Shown: piece after piece, positions 1 through 10,154 of the stretch
How positions within the stretch are numbered: position 1 is the stretch's first letter
Layout of the letters: each line of letters opens with the position of its first letter
Assembly (NCBI GenBank): GCA_040220235.1
Contig: JAVJTO010000006.1
Reading direction: 5' to 3' (one strand)
Origin: Coleofasciculus sp. B1-GNL1-01
GTDB taxonomy: Bacteria; Cyanobacteriota; Cyanobacteriia; Cyanobacteriales; Coleofasciculaceae
DNA length: 64,000 bases
The notes under the pieces: generated by a model
What the model was told of the DNA's origin: nothing
Seen by the model: the letters and a program-made list of their open reading frames with translations, nothing else
The model's database searches: none
Made by a program: the position numbers and the translations under genes

Positions 1-141
1 GCTTACAGTGAACCCAAACTGGGGAAGTATTTGGGGGTGTGTATCAGTTAGCGGCTCAATGGTCTATTCAACTCTTACGTTGCCAGCCCTGTCTCTGGCA
101 ATCCCTAACCTAAGCGTGATAGCTAGGTTAGGGTTGTTGAA
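1..141 (-). ncRNA. 5' part of an IscB/IsrB-type omega-RNA and right end of an IS200/IS605-family element; continues beyond the left window edge
   Basis: Same architecture as the IsrB omega-RNA at 61.0-61.2 kb: CAAT + CCCTAACCT..AGGTTAGGG hairpin + 8 nt ending TGAA (138-141), then on the minus strand GAATAG..GAG and a CCCAAA/TTTGGG stem. Confidence 0.75.
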
Positions 142-174
142 ACAATTGATTAAAGAACTCCTAATTTGGGGTTG

Positions 175-303
175 TATAGCGCTACGCGCTAGGCAATGGG
201 CAATAGGCAATGGGCTTTCTTTGAAGAAAAACACTGACTCATCAAGGGATTGAGCGATTTAAATTTTTCTTCTTTTGTCCTAACCTGTGTGCGTAGTGCT
301 ATA
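175..303. mobile_element. MITE-like element with TATAGC.CTACGC terminal inverted repeats and an internal GGCAATG/GGCAATA heptamer repeat
   Basis: TATAGCGCTACGC (175-187) and GCGTAGTGCTATA (291-303) form a 12/13 inverted repeat with TA ends; related element at 52389-52490. Confidence 0.6.
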
Positions 304-388
304 TAAACGTACCCTGACATGTCTAGAACCTAAATGCGTAACCTTTGAGGAAGCGTTAACTGGGGTTACGCCAGCCGACGCCGACGCT

Positions 389-913
389 TTAGGGAGCAAT
401 CCCTAGTGAAGCCTCCCAGAAATAAACGCGATCGCAATATTGAAATCTGCTCGTACAGATAGCTTCCAGGGAAACATTTTGTGTGTTGGTCACATCCAGC
501 GATACGAAAGCGGGTTCTCCTCCGGGTGCAACGGTTCGAGATTCAGCCTTTACCCCATCTATATACACATTAACAAGAACCCTGGGACTACCTTGGTCGT
601 TATCGCGCATGCCAAACTCTAATTGCAACGTCTGAAATCTAACATCCTCCCGATTGGGTTGCAGTCTACAGGTCAATGATGCCAGAGTATCGCCCGAACC
701 CATATAAAATCGCGATGAGTAAACCGCTTTATTGACTACAACGTTTTCACTTCGACGTCTCCAGTTGCCGATCCCCGTATCCACACAATTGAGCCTTAGC
801 AGGAAGGTTGAGCGTTCTTGTGCTTGCACAATTTGTTGACTTGGGGCAGTCAACGCCGCAAATAGAAGTCCACTGGCAATAATTTTCTGAATCAGTTTGC
901 TTTTCATCTGCAT
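389..913 (-). CDS. Secreted hypothetical protein, possibly NPCBM/NEW2-like beta-sandwich
   Basis: ORF with signal-peptide-like N terminus; start moved to ATG at 913. Confidence 0.6.
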   Translation of the reverse strand: MQMKSKLIQKIIASGLLFAALTAPSQQIVQAQERSTFLLRLNCVDTGIGNWRRRSENVVVNKAVYSSRFYMGSGDTLASLTCRLQPNREDVRFQTLQLEFGMRDNDQGSPRVLVNVYIDGVKAESRTVAPGGEPAFVSLDVTNTQNVSLEAICTSRFQYCDRVYFWEASLGIAP

Positions 914-977
914 TGAGTAGATCACCCACACCAATAGGTGTCAATACTACATCATCCCATGGGCAGAGGTGCAGGGA

Positions 978-1031
978 ATAGGAGAGATGAGGGAGATGGG
1001 GAAGATGGGGAAGATGAGGGAGATGGGGGAG
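978..1031. repeat. Nonamer tandem repeat (GGGAGATGA/GGAAGATGG)
   Basis: Direct reading of sequence. Confidence 0.85.
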
Positions 1032-1047
1032 AACATCCAATTAGAGT

Positions 1048-1983
1048 TTATTCAAGCAATACTGGAATCATCCCTTGATCAAAGATTTGACCCTTTGTAT
1101 CAATACCACGAACTAGGATGCGATCGCGATACACCTCGTAAGCGGCAAAACTCAGCGTTGAGGCGGAATGGGCTGTCCATGACGAACGCCCAACTGGGCG
1201 AACTCCAGCACCTGCACCACAAGTTAAATAGGTTGTCCCATTAATCGGCAGAGTCCGTTCATAGTTGTGGTCATGACCATTAATATAGAGTTGCACGCCG
1301 TATTTTTGAAACAGAGGCGTCAGGGTTTGAATCAACGCTTGATTCAATCCGTAGTGACCCGATGAATAAATCGGATTATGTCCAAACACAATCTTCCAGG
1401 GCGCATCGCTGCGGCTGAGTTCCTGTTCTAACCACGGTAACTGACGCTGCCAATCCGCATTGGCGTTTGTATCCAGCGCCCAAAATTGCACTGATCCCCG
1501 CCGAAAAGTATAGTATCGTCCCTGCATATTGAAACCCGGATACTGGACTTGGGGATCACCATTGGCGGTGCGGATGTCATGGTTTCCCAGACAAGCGTGA
1601 AATTTCACTCCATTTTCCAGCAAGGCTTGATAGGGTTTTTCAAAGACTGCCTCTACCTTTTCAATTTCCCCATCGTTATAAATATTGTCACCTGCCATAA
1701 TCACCAACTCGTAGGAATTCTGTTGGTAATAAGCCGTCATTGCCTCTGCCACAGCATATTGTCCGGCTGCACCTGTGCCTGTATCGGCAATAGACACAAA
1801 GCGTAACAGAGGTGGATGAATTAATTCGTTCTGGGTATCCGTTGAGGGTGTTGGTTCAGGAGTCTGGGAATAGATATCACTCGTCTGAGTCGTTTGATGG
1901 GCGAAGAGATTACTGCCAACGGCAATCGCCCCGAAACAACTCATACCACTCAAAATCAGAAATTGACGGCGTTTGAGGCTCAT
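1048..1983 (-). CDS. Tat-exported metallophosphoesterase (purple acid phosphatase-like)
   Basis: KRRQFL twin-arginine leader; DTG, GDNIY, GNHD and GHDHNY motifs. Confidence 0.88.
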   Translation of the reverse strand: MSLKRRQFLILSGMSCFGAIAVGSNLFAHQTTQTSDIYSQTPEPTPSTDTQNELIHPPLLRFVSIADTGTGAAGQYAVAEAMTAYYQQNSYELVIMAGDNIYNDGEIEKVEAVFEKPYQALLENGVKFHACLGNHDIRTANGDPQVQYPGFNMQGRYYTFRRGSVQFWALDTNANADWQRQLPWLEQELSRSDAPWKIVFGHNPIYSSGHYGLNQALIQTLTPLFQKYGVQLYINGHDHNYERTLPINGTTYLTCGAGAGVRPVGRSSWTAHSASTLSFAAYEVYRDRILVRGIDTKGQIFDQGMIPVLLE

Positions 1984-2114
1984 AAATCTAGAGCAGTCAT
2001 GCAGACTGAAGCAAGACGGGCAAAAATGTTAAATTTGTGCTGTAGGAGCAGCGTTCTGTAAGAAGAATCTAGCGCATTTTATGCCAATTGGCGTTGCTGG
2101 GTAGGGAAATAAAA

Positions 2115-2801
2115 ATGTCACAAGAGCAGCATAAGCCTCAGGAATCCATAGAGGTAGATGAATCCACTCAAGAAACGAATACGGCTGAACCCACTCGCCA
2201 GTCTAAACTGGTGGATTGGCTCTATCCCAGCTTTGAAACCGTTGAGAAGGTGTGGGATAGTATTTTGGCAGCAATCCGCTCTTTGTTACCCGAAGCTTGG
2301 AATCAAAAGCTCTCAGATTGGGGATTGACGGGCGCGATCGCGGCGTTTATTGTGGTCATAATGGTGACGACAGTCGCACTAACGCCAGAGACACCAACAC
2401 AGTTAGCCAAAGAAGTAAAACCCGAACCTGTTGCTGCACCTGCCGAATTAGCCGCACCTGAACTTGCAGACACTTCAGAATCTAAGTCCTCTCCCCTAGA
2501 ACTTACCCCAGAACAACGCCTGATTACAGCGATTCAAGATCAAGTGGCTGAAATTACAGATCAGTATGCTAATGGACTGATTCAATCTATTCAAGCCAAC
2601 TTTCAGGGGAACCGTCTGATTGTCACCGTGAGTGATGGCTGGTATAAATTAGATGAACAGGATCAAGAGCAATTAGCGAGTGAAATTTGGCGTCGCTCTC
2701 AAGACTTGGAGTTGAGCAAACTGGAAATCACTAATTCTGATGGAACTCTATTGGCGCGGAGTCCGGTAGTCGGTTCTGGGATAGTCCTTTGGCAGCGTTA
2801 G
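2115..2801 (+). CDS. Hypothetical single-pass membrane protein
   Basis: Long ORF with one hydrophobic segment; ATG at 2115 preferred. Confidence 0.7.
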   Translation: MSQEQHKPQESIEVDESTQETNTAEPTRQSKLVDWLYPSFETVEKVWDSILAAIRSLLPEAWNQKLSDWGLTGAIAAFIVVIMVTTVALTPETPTQLAKEVKPEPVAAPAELAAPELADTSESKSSPLELTPEQRLITAIQDQVAEITDQYANGLIQSIQANFQGNRLIVTVSDGWYKLDEQDQEQLASEIWRRSQDLELSKLEITNSDGTLLARSPVVGSGIVLWQR

Positions 2802-2816
2802 AATTTAACACCTATT

Positions 2817-2848
2817 ATGTAGAGACGTAGCCTGCTACGTCTCTACAT
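2817..2848. repeat. REP-like palindrome of the GTAGAGACG..CGTCTCTAC family (related copies near 50087, 53954, 56870, 61130 and 63370)
   Basis: Perfect 15-bp inverted repeat ATGTAGAGACGTAGC/GCTACGTCTCTACAT between convergent genes. Confidence 0.85.
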
Positions 2849-2874
2849 CACATAAATGCTACTTTACGAGCCGA

Positions 2875-3183
2875 TCAGCGCATGGCTTTCTCAAGCTGGT
2901 TAGCAATATTGAATTGAGATAGACTGGGGGATTCAATCTCACTTCTCGCCAGTTGTTCTAACTCAACCGCTAGCGATCGCAGGTAGTCGGCTCGTTGGCG
3001 CATTCGGGTACTGATTCCCTCTGTACCAGTGGCAAGGCACTCCGGGCAAACATCACTAACATATTCGCCGGATTCCCGATACGCTCTAGCCACCACCTCT
3101 AGGGGGAAAAAAATGTTACCGCACAAATTGCAACGGCATTTTTCCTCGAAGTGATTACTCTCAACTTGAATTTTAATGGGCAT
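2875..3183 (-). CDS. Hypothetical protein with two CxxC pairs (possible zinc ribbon)
   Basis: CNLC and CPEC motifs; 102 aa ORF. Confidence 0.65.
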   Translation of the reverse strand: MPIKIQVESNHFEEKCRCNLCGNIFFPLEVVARAYRESGEYVSDVCPECLATGTEGISTRMRQRADYLRSLAVELEQLARSEIESPSLSQFNIANQLEKAMR

Positions 3184-3418
3184 GGACGGTGTTCTCCAAT
3201 ATATATGCAGTTGTGGGATGGCTGGAATCCTGTTTAGACTTGGCTGAAGCGAGCCGCTTAATTAATTATTTATTTTATTTTAACTATAAATGTAGTTAAT
3301 CGTACAGATTATTTCTAATCAGAAAGAAATTGTCTTTTTGTTAGCTTTTCATGACAATGATTCCGCTTCATGCCCAAGGGCTACGGTTATCGTAGGGATA
3401 TTGTTGCCAGATCGTGAT

Positions 3419-3450
3419 AAAAAAATACTCAGAGTTCAGACTCTGAGTAT
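3419..3450 (-). terminator. Probable intrinsic terminator downstream of gap2
   Basis: ATACTCAGAGT/ACTCTGAGTAT stem followed by a T tract on the minus strand. Confidence 0.6.
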
Positions 3451-3590
3451 CAATAAACAAGTGATGATTCTATTGAAGCTTCGCTGAAGCCCGAATCAGA
3501 GAAATCCCATCACTTTTATCTTCCTCTGAATTTTCAGCCAATAAACTCGTTACAGAGGTTGCTGTATCCAAGCGGTAAAGTTTTGTTGCT

Positions 3591-4607
3591 TTAACCTTCC
3601 CACTGCGTCGCTATATGCTCAGCCAAATCGACAACTCGCTGAGAATAGCCCCACTCATTGTCATACCAAGCAATGACTTTCACCATATCACCACCCATTA
3701 CCATCGTTAGACTGGCATCGACGATAGATGAAGCATCATGTCCCTTGTAGTCTGAGGACACCAACGGTAAGTCGTTGTATTCCAAAATGCCCTTAAGCGA
3801 GTTTTCTGACTCTTCTTTGAAGACTTTGTTTACCTGCTCAGCAATGGTGCTTTTCTCAACTTGAGCCACCAAATCCACAACCGATACATTCGGGGTAGGT
3901 ACGCGCATCGCGATCCCATTCAATTTCCCCTGCATATCTGGAATAACTAAAGCCACAGCTTTAGCTGCTCCCGTCGAGGTTGGCACGATATTGATCGCAG
4001 CGGCTCTGGCTCGACGGACATCACGGTGACTCGCATCCAGAATCCGCTGATCCCCCGTGTAACTGTGGGTCGTAGTCATGGTTCCTTTAATGATGCCAAA
4101 GTGTTCATGTATCACTTTGACCACAGGAGCCAGACAGTTTGTTGTACAACTCGCATTGCTAACAATGTCATGCTTGCTGTGTTCGTAGTCGTGATGATTC
4201 ACTCCAACGACAAAAGTGCCGATGTCACCACCTTTCCCTGGAGCCGTAATCAGCACTTTCTTAGCGCCAGCGGCTATATGCTTAGATGCACCATCCCTGG
4301 TGACAAACACCCCGGTCGATTCGATGACTAGGTCAATACCCCAATCACCCCAAGGCAAGTTCAGGGGGTTGCGATCCGATACACATTTAATCGTTTTGCC
4401 ATTGACGATTAGGGAGTTTTCGTCATAGCCAATGTCGGCTTTGAGCGTCCCTAGCATGGAGTCATATTTAAGCAAATGAGCATTTGTCTTGGGATCAGAT
4501 GTATCATTGATGCCCACTAACTCCAACTGACTATTTTCTCTAGTCAGTAAACATCTGGCGAAATTACGTCCGATGCGTCCGAACCCGTTGATCGCTACTC
4601 TAATCAC
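3591..4607 (-). CDS. gap2: NAD(P)-dependent glyceraldehyde-3-phosphate dehydrogenase (Calvin-cycle type)
   Basis: [19 protein letters not shown] and WYDNEWGYS motifs; LDASHRD S-loop; GTG start at 4607. Confidence 0.95.
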   Translation of the reverse strand: MIRVAINGFGRIGRNFARCLLTRENSQLELVGINDTSDPKTNAHLLKYDSMLGTLKADIGYDENSLIVNGKTIKCVSDRNPLNLPWGDWGIDLVIESTGVFVTRDGASKHIAAGAKKVLITAPGKGGDIGTFVVGVNHHDYEHSKHDIVSNASCTTNCLAPVVKVIHEHFGIIKGTMTTTHSYTGDQRILDASHRDVRRARAAAINIVPTSTGAAKAVALVIPDMQGKLNGIAMRVPTPNVSVVDLVAQVEKSTIAEQVNKVFKEESENSLKGILEYNDLPLVSSDYKGHDASSIVDASLTMVMGGDMVKVIAWYDNEWGYSQRVVDLAEHIATQWEG

Positions 4608-5179
4608 TGCGTCTTGCCCTCTGTATTCAAGCTCAGTAAATATACTTTTTATGAACCCAATCATATCGCAAAGCCGGACAAATTCTAAATGCCGATTCAG
4701 CGACGGATTGGGAAACGTCGGACTTATGAGTTGCTCTAAGTCTTTCCACCCAAGGGTTTGGGTGAATCTGAATTGAGAATAAGAGTTGTTGGATTAGGGG
4801 TGTAGGGTGTGGTTAGATGTCAATACGGCTCGCAGCGAACTCTCATTTGATTTTCTCTTCCAGAGGTGCTATGGCGCGTCTGGAACAGGTTTCCCCAGGT
4901 CAAGCGTCGGAGTTCTAGGGTTCTGCTGAATTTTCCGGAAACCCCAGAATGAAGGCTGTTTAGTATAAAAAACCGTCTGGAGATAGAAAAAGTTACTTCA
5001 GTACAAACACGGTGGTCAACTCCACTGGAGCAATAACACAATTAATAGCGAAGTGGGTCTGTTGCCAAGAAAATCTGATAAATACACCCTTGGCTGTATC
5101 TTGAAAAATCAATTCTTGATATGATAGCGCGTGTTATTGGCACAGTAGGCTTGTGTGGTGTGGTGTGTAAGGAGTTAAG

Positions 5180-6709
5180 ATGCCTAATATTGTCGATCTT
5201 AGTGGCAAGCCATTCCATTTCATCGGAATTGGTGGAATTGGTATGTCAGCGCTGGCTTACGTTCTAGCCAAACGCAACCTCCCTGTATCTGGGTCTGATA
5301 TTCGTTCGACGCCGATTACTCAGCGGTTGCAAGCTGTCGGCGCTCATCTGTTTAGAGACCAGAAGGCAACCAATTTGGAATTTTTTAGAGAAACGAATGT
5401 CCCCATTTCTCAGGGCGTATCCGCAACGGCGATTGAACCCGAACCTACTCGACAAACAGTTGCCGCCCCCTCAAACACTAGGGAAGACCATCTTGTCTCC
5501 TGCTTACCCCAAGTCATCTGTTCGAGTGCGATTAATCCAATCAATTCTGAGTACAAAGCGGCTGTAGAAGGCGGCTACCCAATTTTTCATCGCTCCGACT
5601 TACTGGCAGCGTTGATACAAGACTACCGAAGCATTGCCGTTGCTGGAACTCACGGCAAAACCACAACCAGCAGTTTAATGGGATACTTGCTGCTGAAAAC
5701 GGGTCTAGACCCGACTATCGTGGTTGGGGGAGAAGTGGATGCTTGGCAAGGAAATGCGCGTCTGGGTCAAAGTCCCTTTCTGGTGGCTGAAGCAGATGAA
5801 TCAGATGGGTCGTTAGCTAAGCTGGCTCCGGAAATTGGTGTGATTACCAATATTGAACTCGATCACCCCGATCATTACCAGAATCTCGACCAGGTAATCG
5901 AAACCTTCAGGATTTTTGCCGATCGCTGTCAAACCATCGTGGGTTGTATTGATTGTCAGACCTTGCGATCGCATTTCACCCCCACCATCAGTTATAGCCT
6001 GCAACGCACAGCCGGGGCTGACTACAGCGTGGATCGCGTGGTTTATCAGTCAGAAGGCACCATGGCAAGGATTTGGGAAGGCGATCAGGTGTTGGGTATC
6101 CTGCAACTGAGTTTATTAGGTCAACATAATCTCAGCAACGCCTTAGCTGTTGTGGCAGTAGGACGACACCTGGGACTAGAGTTTGACGCGATCGCCTCTG
6201 CTCTAGCCACCTTTGAAGGTGCCAAGCGTCGCTTTGAGGTTCGGGGTGAGTGCAAAGGGATTACCTTTGTCGATGACTACGCTCATCATCCCAGTGAAAT
6301 TCAGGCAACCTTAGCGGCGGCTCGCTTACAGGTTGAATTATCACGCCGCATTGTTGCCATTTTTCAGCCCCATCGCTATAGTCGAACCTTGACATTTTTG
6401 TCAGACTTTGCTAAATCATTTGGCGATGCTGATCTCGTCGTGGTCACAGACATTTATAGCGCAGGCGAAGCCGGTGTTGGAAAAATTACAGGTGAGCAAG
6501 TGCGAGCCGCGATCGCGGATCACCATGAGCGGGTCTACTACCAACCAACCTTAGATGAAGTCTCCCAACTCCTCGCCCAAATCCTGCAACCCGGAGATCT
6601 AGCTATCTTTCTCGGTGCGGGAAATTTGAATCAGATTATTCCCCAGGTTATAGAGTCCTACCAGACGGCGACACCTGAGAATTCGACTGAATTGAGTCAA
6701 ACTGTCTAA
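5180..6709 (+). CDS. murC: UDP-N-acetylmuramate--L-alanine ligase
   Basis: GIGGIGMS, GTHGKTTT, EADESDGS, DDYAHHP and FQPHRYSRT motifs. Confidence 0.96.
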   Translation: MPNIVDLSGKPFHFIGIGGIGMSALAYVLAKRNLPVSGSDIRSTPITQRLQAVGAHLFRDQKATNLEFFRETNVPISQGVSATAIEPEPTRQTVAAPSNTREDHLVSCLPQVICSSAINPINSEYKAAVEGGYPIFHRSDLLAALIQDYRSIAVAGTHGKTTTSSLMGYLLLKTGLDPTIVVGGEVDAWQGNARLGQSPFLVAEADESDGSLAKLAPEIGVITNIELDHPDHYQNLDQVIETFRIFADRCQTIVGCIDCQTLRSHFTPTISYSLQRTAGADYSVDRVVYQSEGTMARIWEGDQVLGILQLSLLGQHNLSNALAVVAVGRHLGLEFDAIASALATFEGAKRRFEVRGECKGITFVDDYAHHPSEIQATLAAARLQVELSRRIVAIFQPHRYSRTLTFLSDFAKSFGDADLVVVTDIYSAGEAGVGKITGEQVRAAIADHHERVYYQPTLDEVSQLLAQILQPGDLAIFLGAGNLNQIIPQVIESYQTATPENSTELSQTV

Positions 6710-6794
6710 GGTTGGTTAACCCCAGCCGCACCCGATTGGGTGTGTCCACTTCCACTGGCTAAAATCCATCGGCATTCTTTTGACCTGTATTGAT

Positions 6795-7769
6795 ATGACC
6801 TTGTCATCCTATTCTCCCGGCGTTGCTAACACGCCCCTGTGTCAGAAAACCTCTGACAAGCCTAAGCTTTACTTGCCTGGAACTGACTGCCTCCTCCGTT
6901 CTCAGGTGTCTTTAGCGAGTTTGACATCCTTTCGCGTGGGAGGTCCCGCCGAGTGGTATGTGGCACCCCGACGGGTCGAGGATCTGCTCGCCAGTTTTGA
7001 ATGGGCAGATTTGCAGGGATTACCCATAACCTTGTTAGGGGCGGGTTCTAACCTACTGGTTAGCGATTGTGGTTTGTCCGGCTTAGTCGTCTGCACTCGT
7101 CATCTCCGTTCTACCCAGTTTGACCCAGATACGGGTCGAGTCACGGTGGGAGCCGGAGAACCAATCGCTCGTTTAGCATGGCAAGCCGCTAATCACGGTT
7201 GGCAAGGGTTGGAATGGGCAGTAGGTATTCCGGGAACGGTGGGGGGCGCTGTGGTGATGAATGCCGGTGCCCATCAAAGTTGTGCGGCGGATCTGCTGGT
7301 GAGTGTGGAAACCATTTCACCCACCGGAGTCGTGGAGCGGCTAACGCCTCAAGAGTTGGGATTTCGCTATCGCACTTCCATCCTGCAAGGGGGGAATCGC
7401 TTCGTGACTCAGGCAACGTTTCAGTTGCAACCGGGCGCTGATCCCAAACAAGTTCGATCGACAACAACTCACCATTTAAAGCAACGGCGTGACGCTCAAC
7501 CCTATCACTTACCCAGTTGTGGCAGTGTTTTTCGCAATCCAGAACCCCACGCGGCGGGTTGGCTGATCGAGCAATTAGGTTTGAAAGGCTATCAAATTGG
7601 CGGCGCTCAAGTGGCAGAACGCCATGCTAACTTTATCTTGAACTGTGGCGGTGCTAAAGCCAGCGATATCTTCCAACTGATTCGTTATGTGCAGCAGCAA
7701 GTCGAGCAGCATTGGTCGCTTTCCTTAGAGCCAGAAGTGAAAATCTTAGGACGGTTTCAGCCTGTCTAA
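6795..7769 (+). CDS. murB: UDP-N-acetylenolpyruvoylglucosamine reductase
   Basis: [32 protein letters not shown] and HANF motifs; follows murC. Confidence 0.95.
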   Translation: MTLSSYSPGVANTPLCQKTSDKPKLYLPGTDCLLRSQVSLASLTSFRVGGPAEWYVAPRRVEDLLASFEWADLQGLPITLLGAGSNLLVSDCGLSGLVVCTRHLRSTQFDPDTGRVTVGAGEPIARLAWQAANHGWQGLEWAVGIPGTVGGAVVMNAGAHQSCAADLLVSVETISPTGVVERLTPQELGFRYRTSILQGGNRFVTQATFQLQPGADPKQVRSTTTHHLKQRRDAQPYHLPSCGSVFRNPEPHAAGWLIEQLGLKGYQIGGAQVAERHANFILNCGGAKASDIFQLIRYVQQQVEQHWSLSLEPEVKILGRFQPV

Positions 7770-7852
7770 AGATGTCGCATTGACCGAAGCGGTACTAAGA
7801 TTAAGACTTAGCAACGATAAACCCGTCCAACTTGAGAGACAGTCAATACGTT

Positions 7853-8197
7853 ATGACCAAAGGACAAGGATTCGGCTTCGGTTTAGGCAAGATGAAAGAA
7901 CTTGCCGAAGCATTCAAAAAAGCCCAAGAGGTACAACAAGGAGCCAAACAGCTTCAAGAAGAATTGGAGCAAATGGAAATTGAAGGCTCCTCTAGCGATG
8001 GTATGGTTAAGGTGTTTATGAGTGGGAATCAGGAACCCCTGCGCGTCGAAATTGCTCCAGACGCGATCGCTCAGGGAGCCGAAACCCTATCAGAAACGGT
8101 TACAGCCGCCATGAAAGATGCTTATGATAAATCAACCACGACGATGAGGGAACGTATGGAAGAACTCACCAGTGGGCTAAATCTGCCAGGGATGTAA
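7853..8197 (+). CDS. YbaB/EbfC family nucleoid-associated protein
   Basis: [32 protein letters not shown] pattern. Confidence 0.9.
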   Translation: MTKGQGFGFGLGKMKELAEAFKKAQEVQQGAKQLQEELEQMEIEGSSSDGMVKVFMSGNQEPLRVEIAPDAIAQGAETLSETVTAAMKDAYDKSTTTMRERMEELTSGLNLPGM

Positions 8198-8278
8198 CCT
8201 TATCTGTATCTGTAGAACTGGGAATATAAAGTTTCATGTCATTCATCAAAGACAGCACATCCCAGTTCTGCTCTGATT

Positions 8279-8377
8279 GTCATTGGTCATTGGTCATTGG
8301 TCATTGGTCAGAGTTCAACAACCTTTATTCTCTCCAGGTAGTTGAAACTATTGCCTATTCCCTATTCCCTATTCCCT
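8279..8377. repeat. Heptamer short tandem repeats (GGTCATT)n and (CCTATTC)n; similar arrays near 11355, 27125, 47826, 51128 and 53751
   Basis: Direct reading; resembles cyanobacterial STRR repeats. Confidence 0.85.
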
Positions 8378-8407
8378 CTCCCCACCACAAGACTTATTCA
8401 GCAGCCC

Positions 8408-9634
8408 CTAATCAATGATTTCTGTGACTTGAACATTGATTTGCCCTTCTGCTAATTGAATCTGTAATTCTTCTCCAGGAGCGAGACTTGCCGCATTCCG
8501 AGCAATTTTTCCTTGTTCAGTCCGCACTACCGCATACCCTCGTTTTAAAACATTGGTTGGGTCAAGGGTGGCTAACTTTTGCCCCAGAAATTGGCAATGT
8601 TGAGTTGCTTGACTGATCCGCCAAGATGTGCTTTGAACTAATCGCTGTCGCTGCTGCGCGATCGCATGGTGTTCCTGCTGTAGCTGTCGGTCAAGGGGTA
8701 AGCGTTGTAGACGGTTTCTGAGTTGGTGTAATTGGTTGCGGGAGGTATACAGATGCTGAGTTACTGCCTCATGTAACGCCTCCTGACGCTGCTGATTTTC
8801 CCTAATCAGAGTTGCCAACTCTGGCACGGCTTGTTCTGCGGCGGCGGTGGGTGTATGAGCGCAACAATCAGCCACTAAATCTGCCAAAGATTCATCCCGT
8901 TGATGACCAATTCCCGTTAATACTGGAATTGAACAGTTCGCGATCGCTCTCACCACTCGCTCATCATCAAAGCCCACCAAATCCTCCGATGCACCACCTC
9001 CCCGCGATAAAATCACTAACTCAGCCCTCCCATCTCGCTCAACTCGCTCAATCGCTGCCACAATCGATTCTGGTGCTAAATCCCCTTGCACTTGTGCCGG
9101 AGAAAACAACACCGATAATCCTGGATACCGTTGTCGCAGGGTGCGGCGAATATCTCCCCAAGCGGCGGCTTGTGGTGAAGTGACAACCGCGATCGTTTGT
9201 GGATGTGTTGGCAAAGGGCGTTTGTTTTGGGCATCAAATAATCCTTCCGCCGCCAATCGTTGGCGCAGTTGATTGTAGCGCAGTGCCTGTAACCCTTCTC
9301 CTCCGGGCAATGCCTGCCAAACCATAAGCTGATATTGTCCCCGTTGCGGATAAATCCGGATACTGCCTAATGCAATCAACTGTTCTCCGGATTGAGGAAG
9401 TTGCACCAGCTTACTTAGCACAGAGTTCCACACCACGCATTGAATGGATGCCTTGCCCTCTAAATCTTGCAGGGTAAAAAACATACCACTCCGATGACGG
9501 TTGGCACTAGAGACTTCTCCAATCACCCAAACCTTCTGGAGTTGGGTATCCTGCTCTAACAGATCCTGAATATAATCGGTTAACCCTGCTACCGAAAGGG
9601 TTGTCTCTGGAAGTAATGAATTGGTATTGGTCAT
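8408..9634 (-). CDS. xseA: Exodeoxyribonuclease VII large subunit
   Basis: N-terminal OB fold; VVTSPQAAAWGDI, RGGGASEDL, GIGHQRD and HTPTAAAE motifs. Confidence 0.95.
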   Translation of the reverse strand: MTNTNSLLPETTLSVAGLTDYIQDLLEQDTQLQKVWVIGEVSSANRHRSGMFFTLQDLEGKASIQCVVWNSVLSKLVQLPQSGEQLIALGSIRIYPQRGQYQLMVWQALPGGEGLQALRYNQLRQRLAAEGLFDAQNKRPLPTHPQTIAVVTSPQAAAWGDIRRTLRQRYPGLSVLFSPAQVQGDLAPESIVAAIERVERDGRAELVILSRGGGASEDLVGFDDERVVRAIANCSIPVLTGIGHQRDESLADLVADCCAHTPTAAAEQAVPELATLIRENQQRQEALHEAVTQHLYTSRNQLHQLRNRLQRLPLDRQLQQEHHAIAQQRQRLVQSTSWRISQATQHCQFLGQKLATLDPTNVLKRGYAVVRTEQGKIARNAASLAPGEELQIQLAEGQINVQVTEIID

Positions 9635-9691
9635 TTGTCCTTTGTCATACTCGCTATCGCGAGACGCAAGCTACGTCATTTGTCATTTAGT

Positions 9692-9755
9692 CGGGGCGGG
9701 TTTTGCAGCCAAGTTGGGGATAACAATCAATATTAGTTCCTAAACCCGCCCCTAC
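9692..9755. repeat. REP-like GGGCGGGTTT..AAACCCGCCC element (copies near 15276, 15466, 18791 and 19134)
   Basis: Conserved terminal inverted repeats around a variable ~40-nt spacer. Confidence 0.85.
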
Positions 9756-9871
9756 ACACAGACGCCATGGCATATCTCCCCCTAGCTGCCCCATTTTCCC
9801 CATCTTCCCCATCTTCCCCAGCACCCCTACCCCCACCAAATCCTCGAACTTGTCGATTGACCCAACAATGC

Positions 9872-9891
9872 TATAGTAGTACCTGTGTTCT
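9872..9891 (+). promoter_or_regulatory. LexA (SOS) box AGTACCTGTGTTCT next to a TATAGT -10 box upstream of recA
   Basis: Matches the cyanobacterial LexA consensus RGTAC-N3-DGTWCB; lies between divergent xseA and recA. Confidence 0.8.
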
Positions 9892-10154
9892 ATATTGGGG
9901 GAGGGAAAATGCTGTCAAATATTTCTCTCCAGCCCAAGACTTGGGATCAAAATACCGTAATAGTTCGGCAAGATTATGGCGTTGATGAACGATGTCTTAG
10001 CATTGACAAATTAGCATTTCCGTGATTTAGTCCCAAAAATCAGGTTCTCTTAATCTTGCAGGCAGTCGGCGTTAAAATAGAGCCAACTTTCTGCACTAAT
10101 TCTCAGTCCATTTCAATTTCTCAGTCCATTTCAATAACAGTTCTTGAGGCATCC

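Noticed and set aside
8..253. 81 aa ORF at the window start
   Set aside because: It spans an omega-RNA/IS end and a MITE, and has no protein-like features.
747..1244. ORFs with HLP/MGK repeats
   Set aside because: They derive from a nonamer repeat and overlap better-supported genes.
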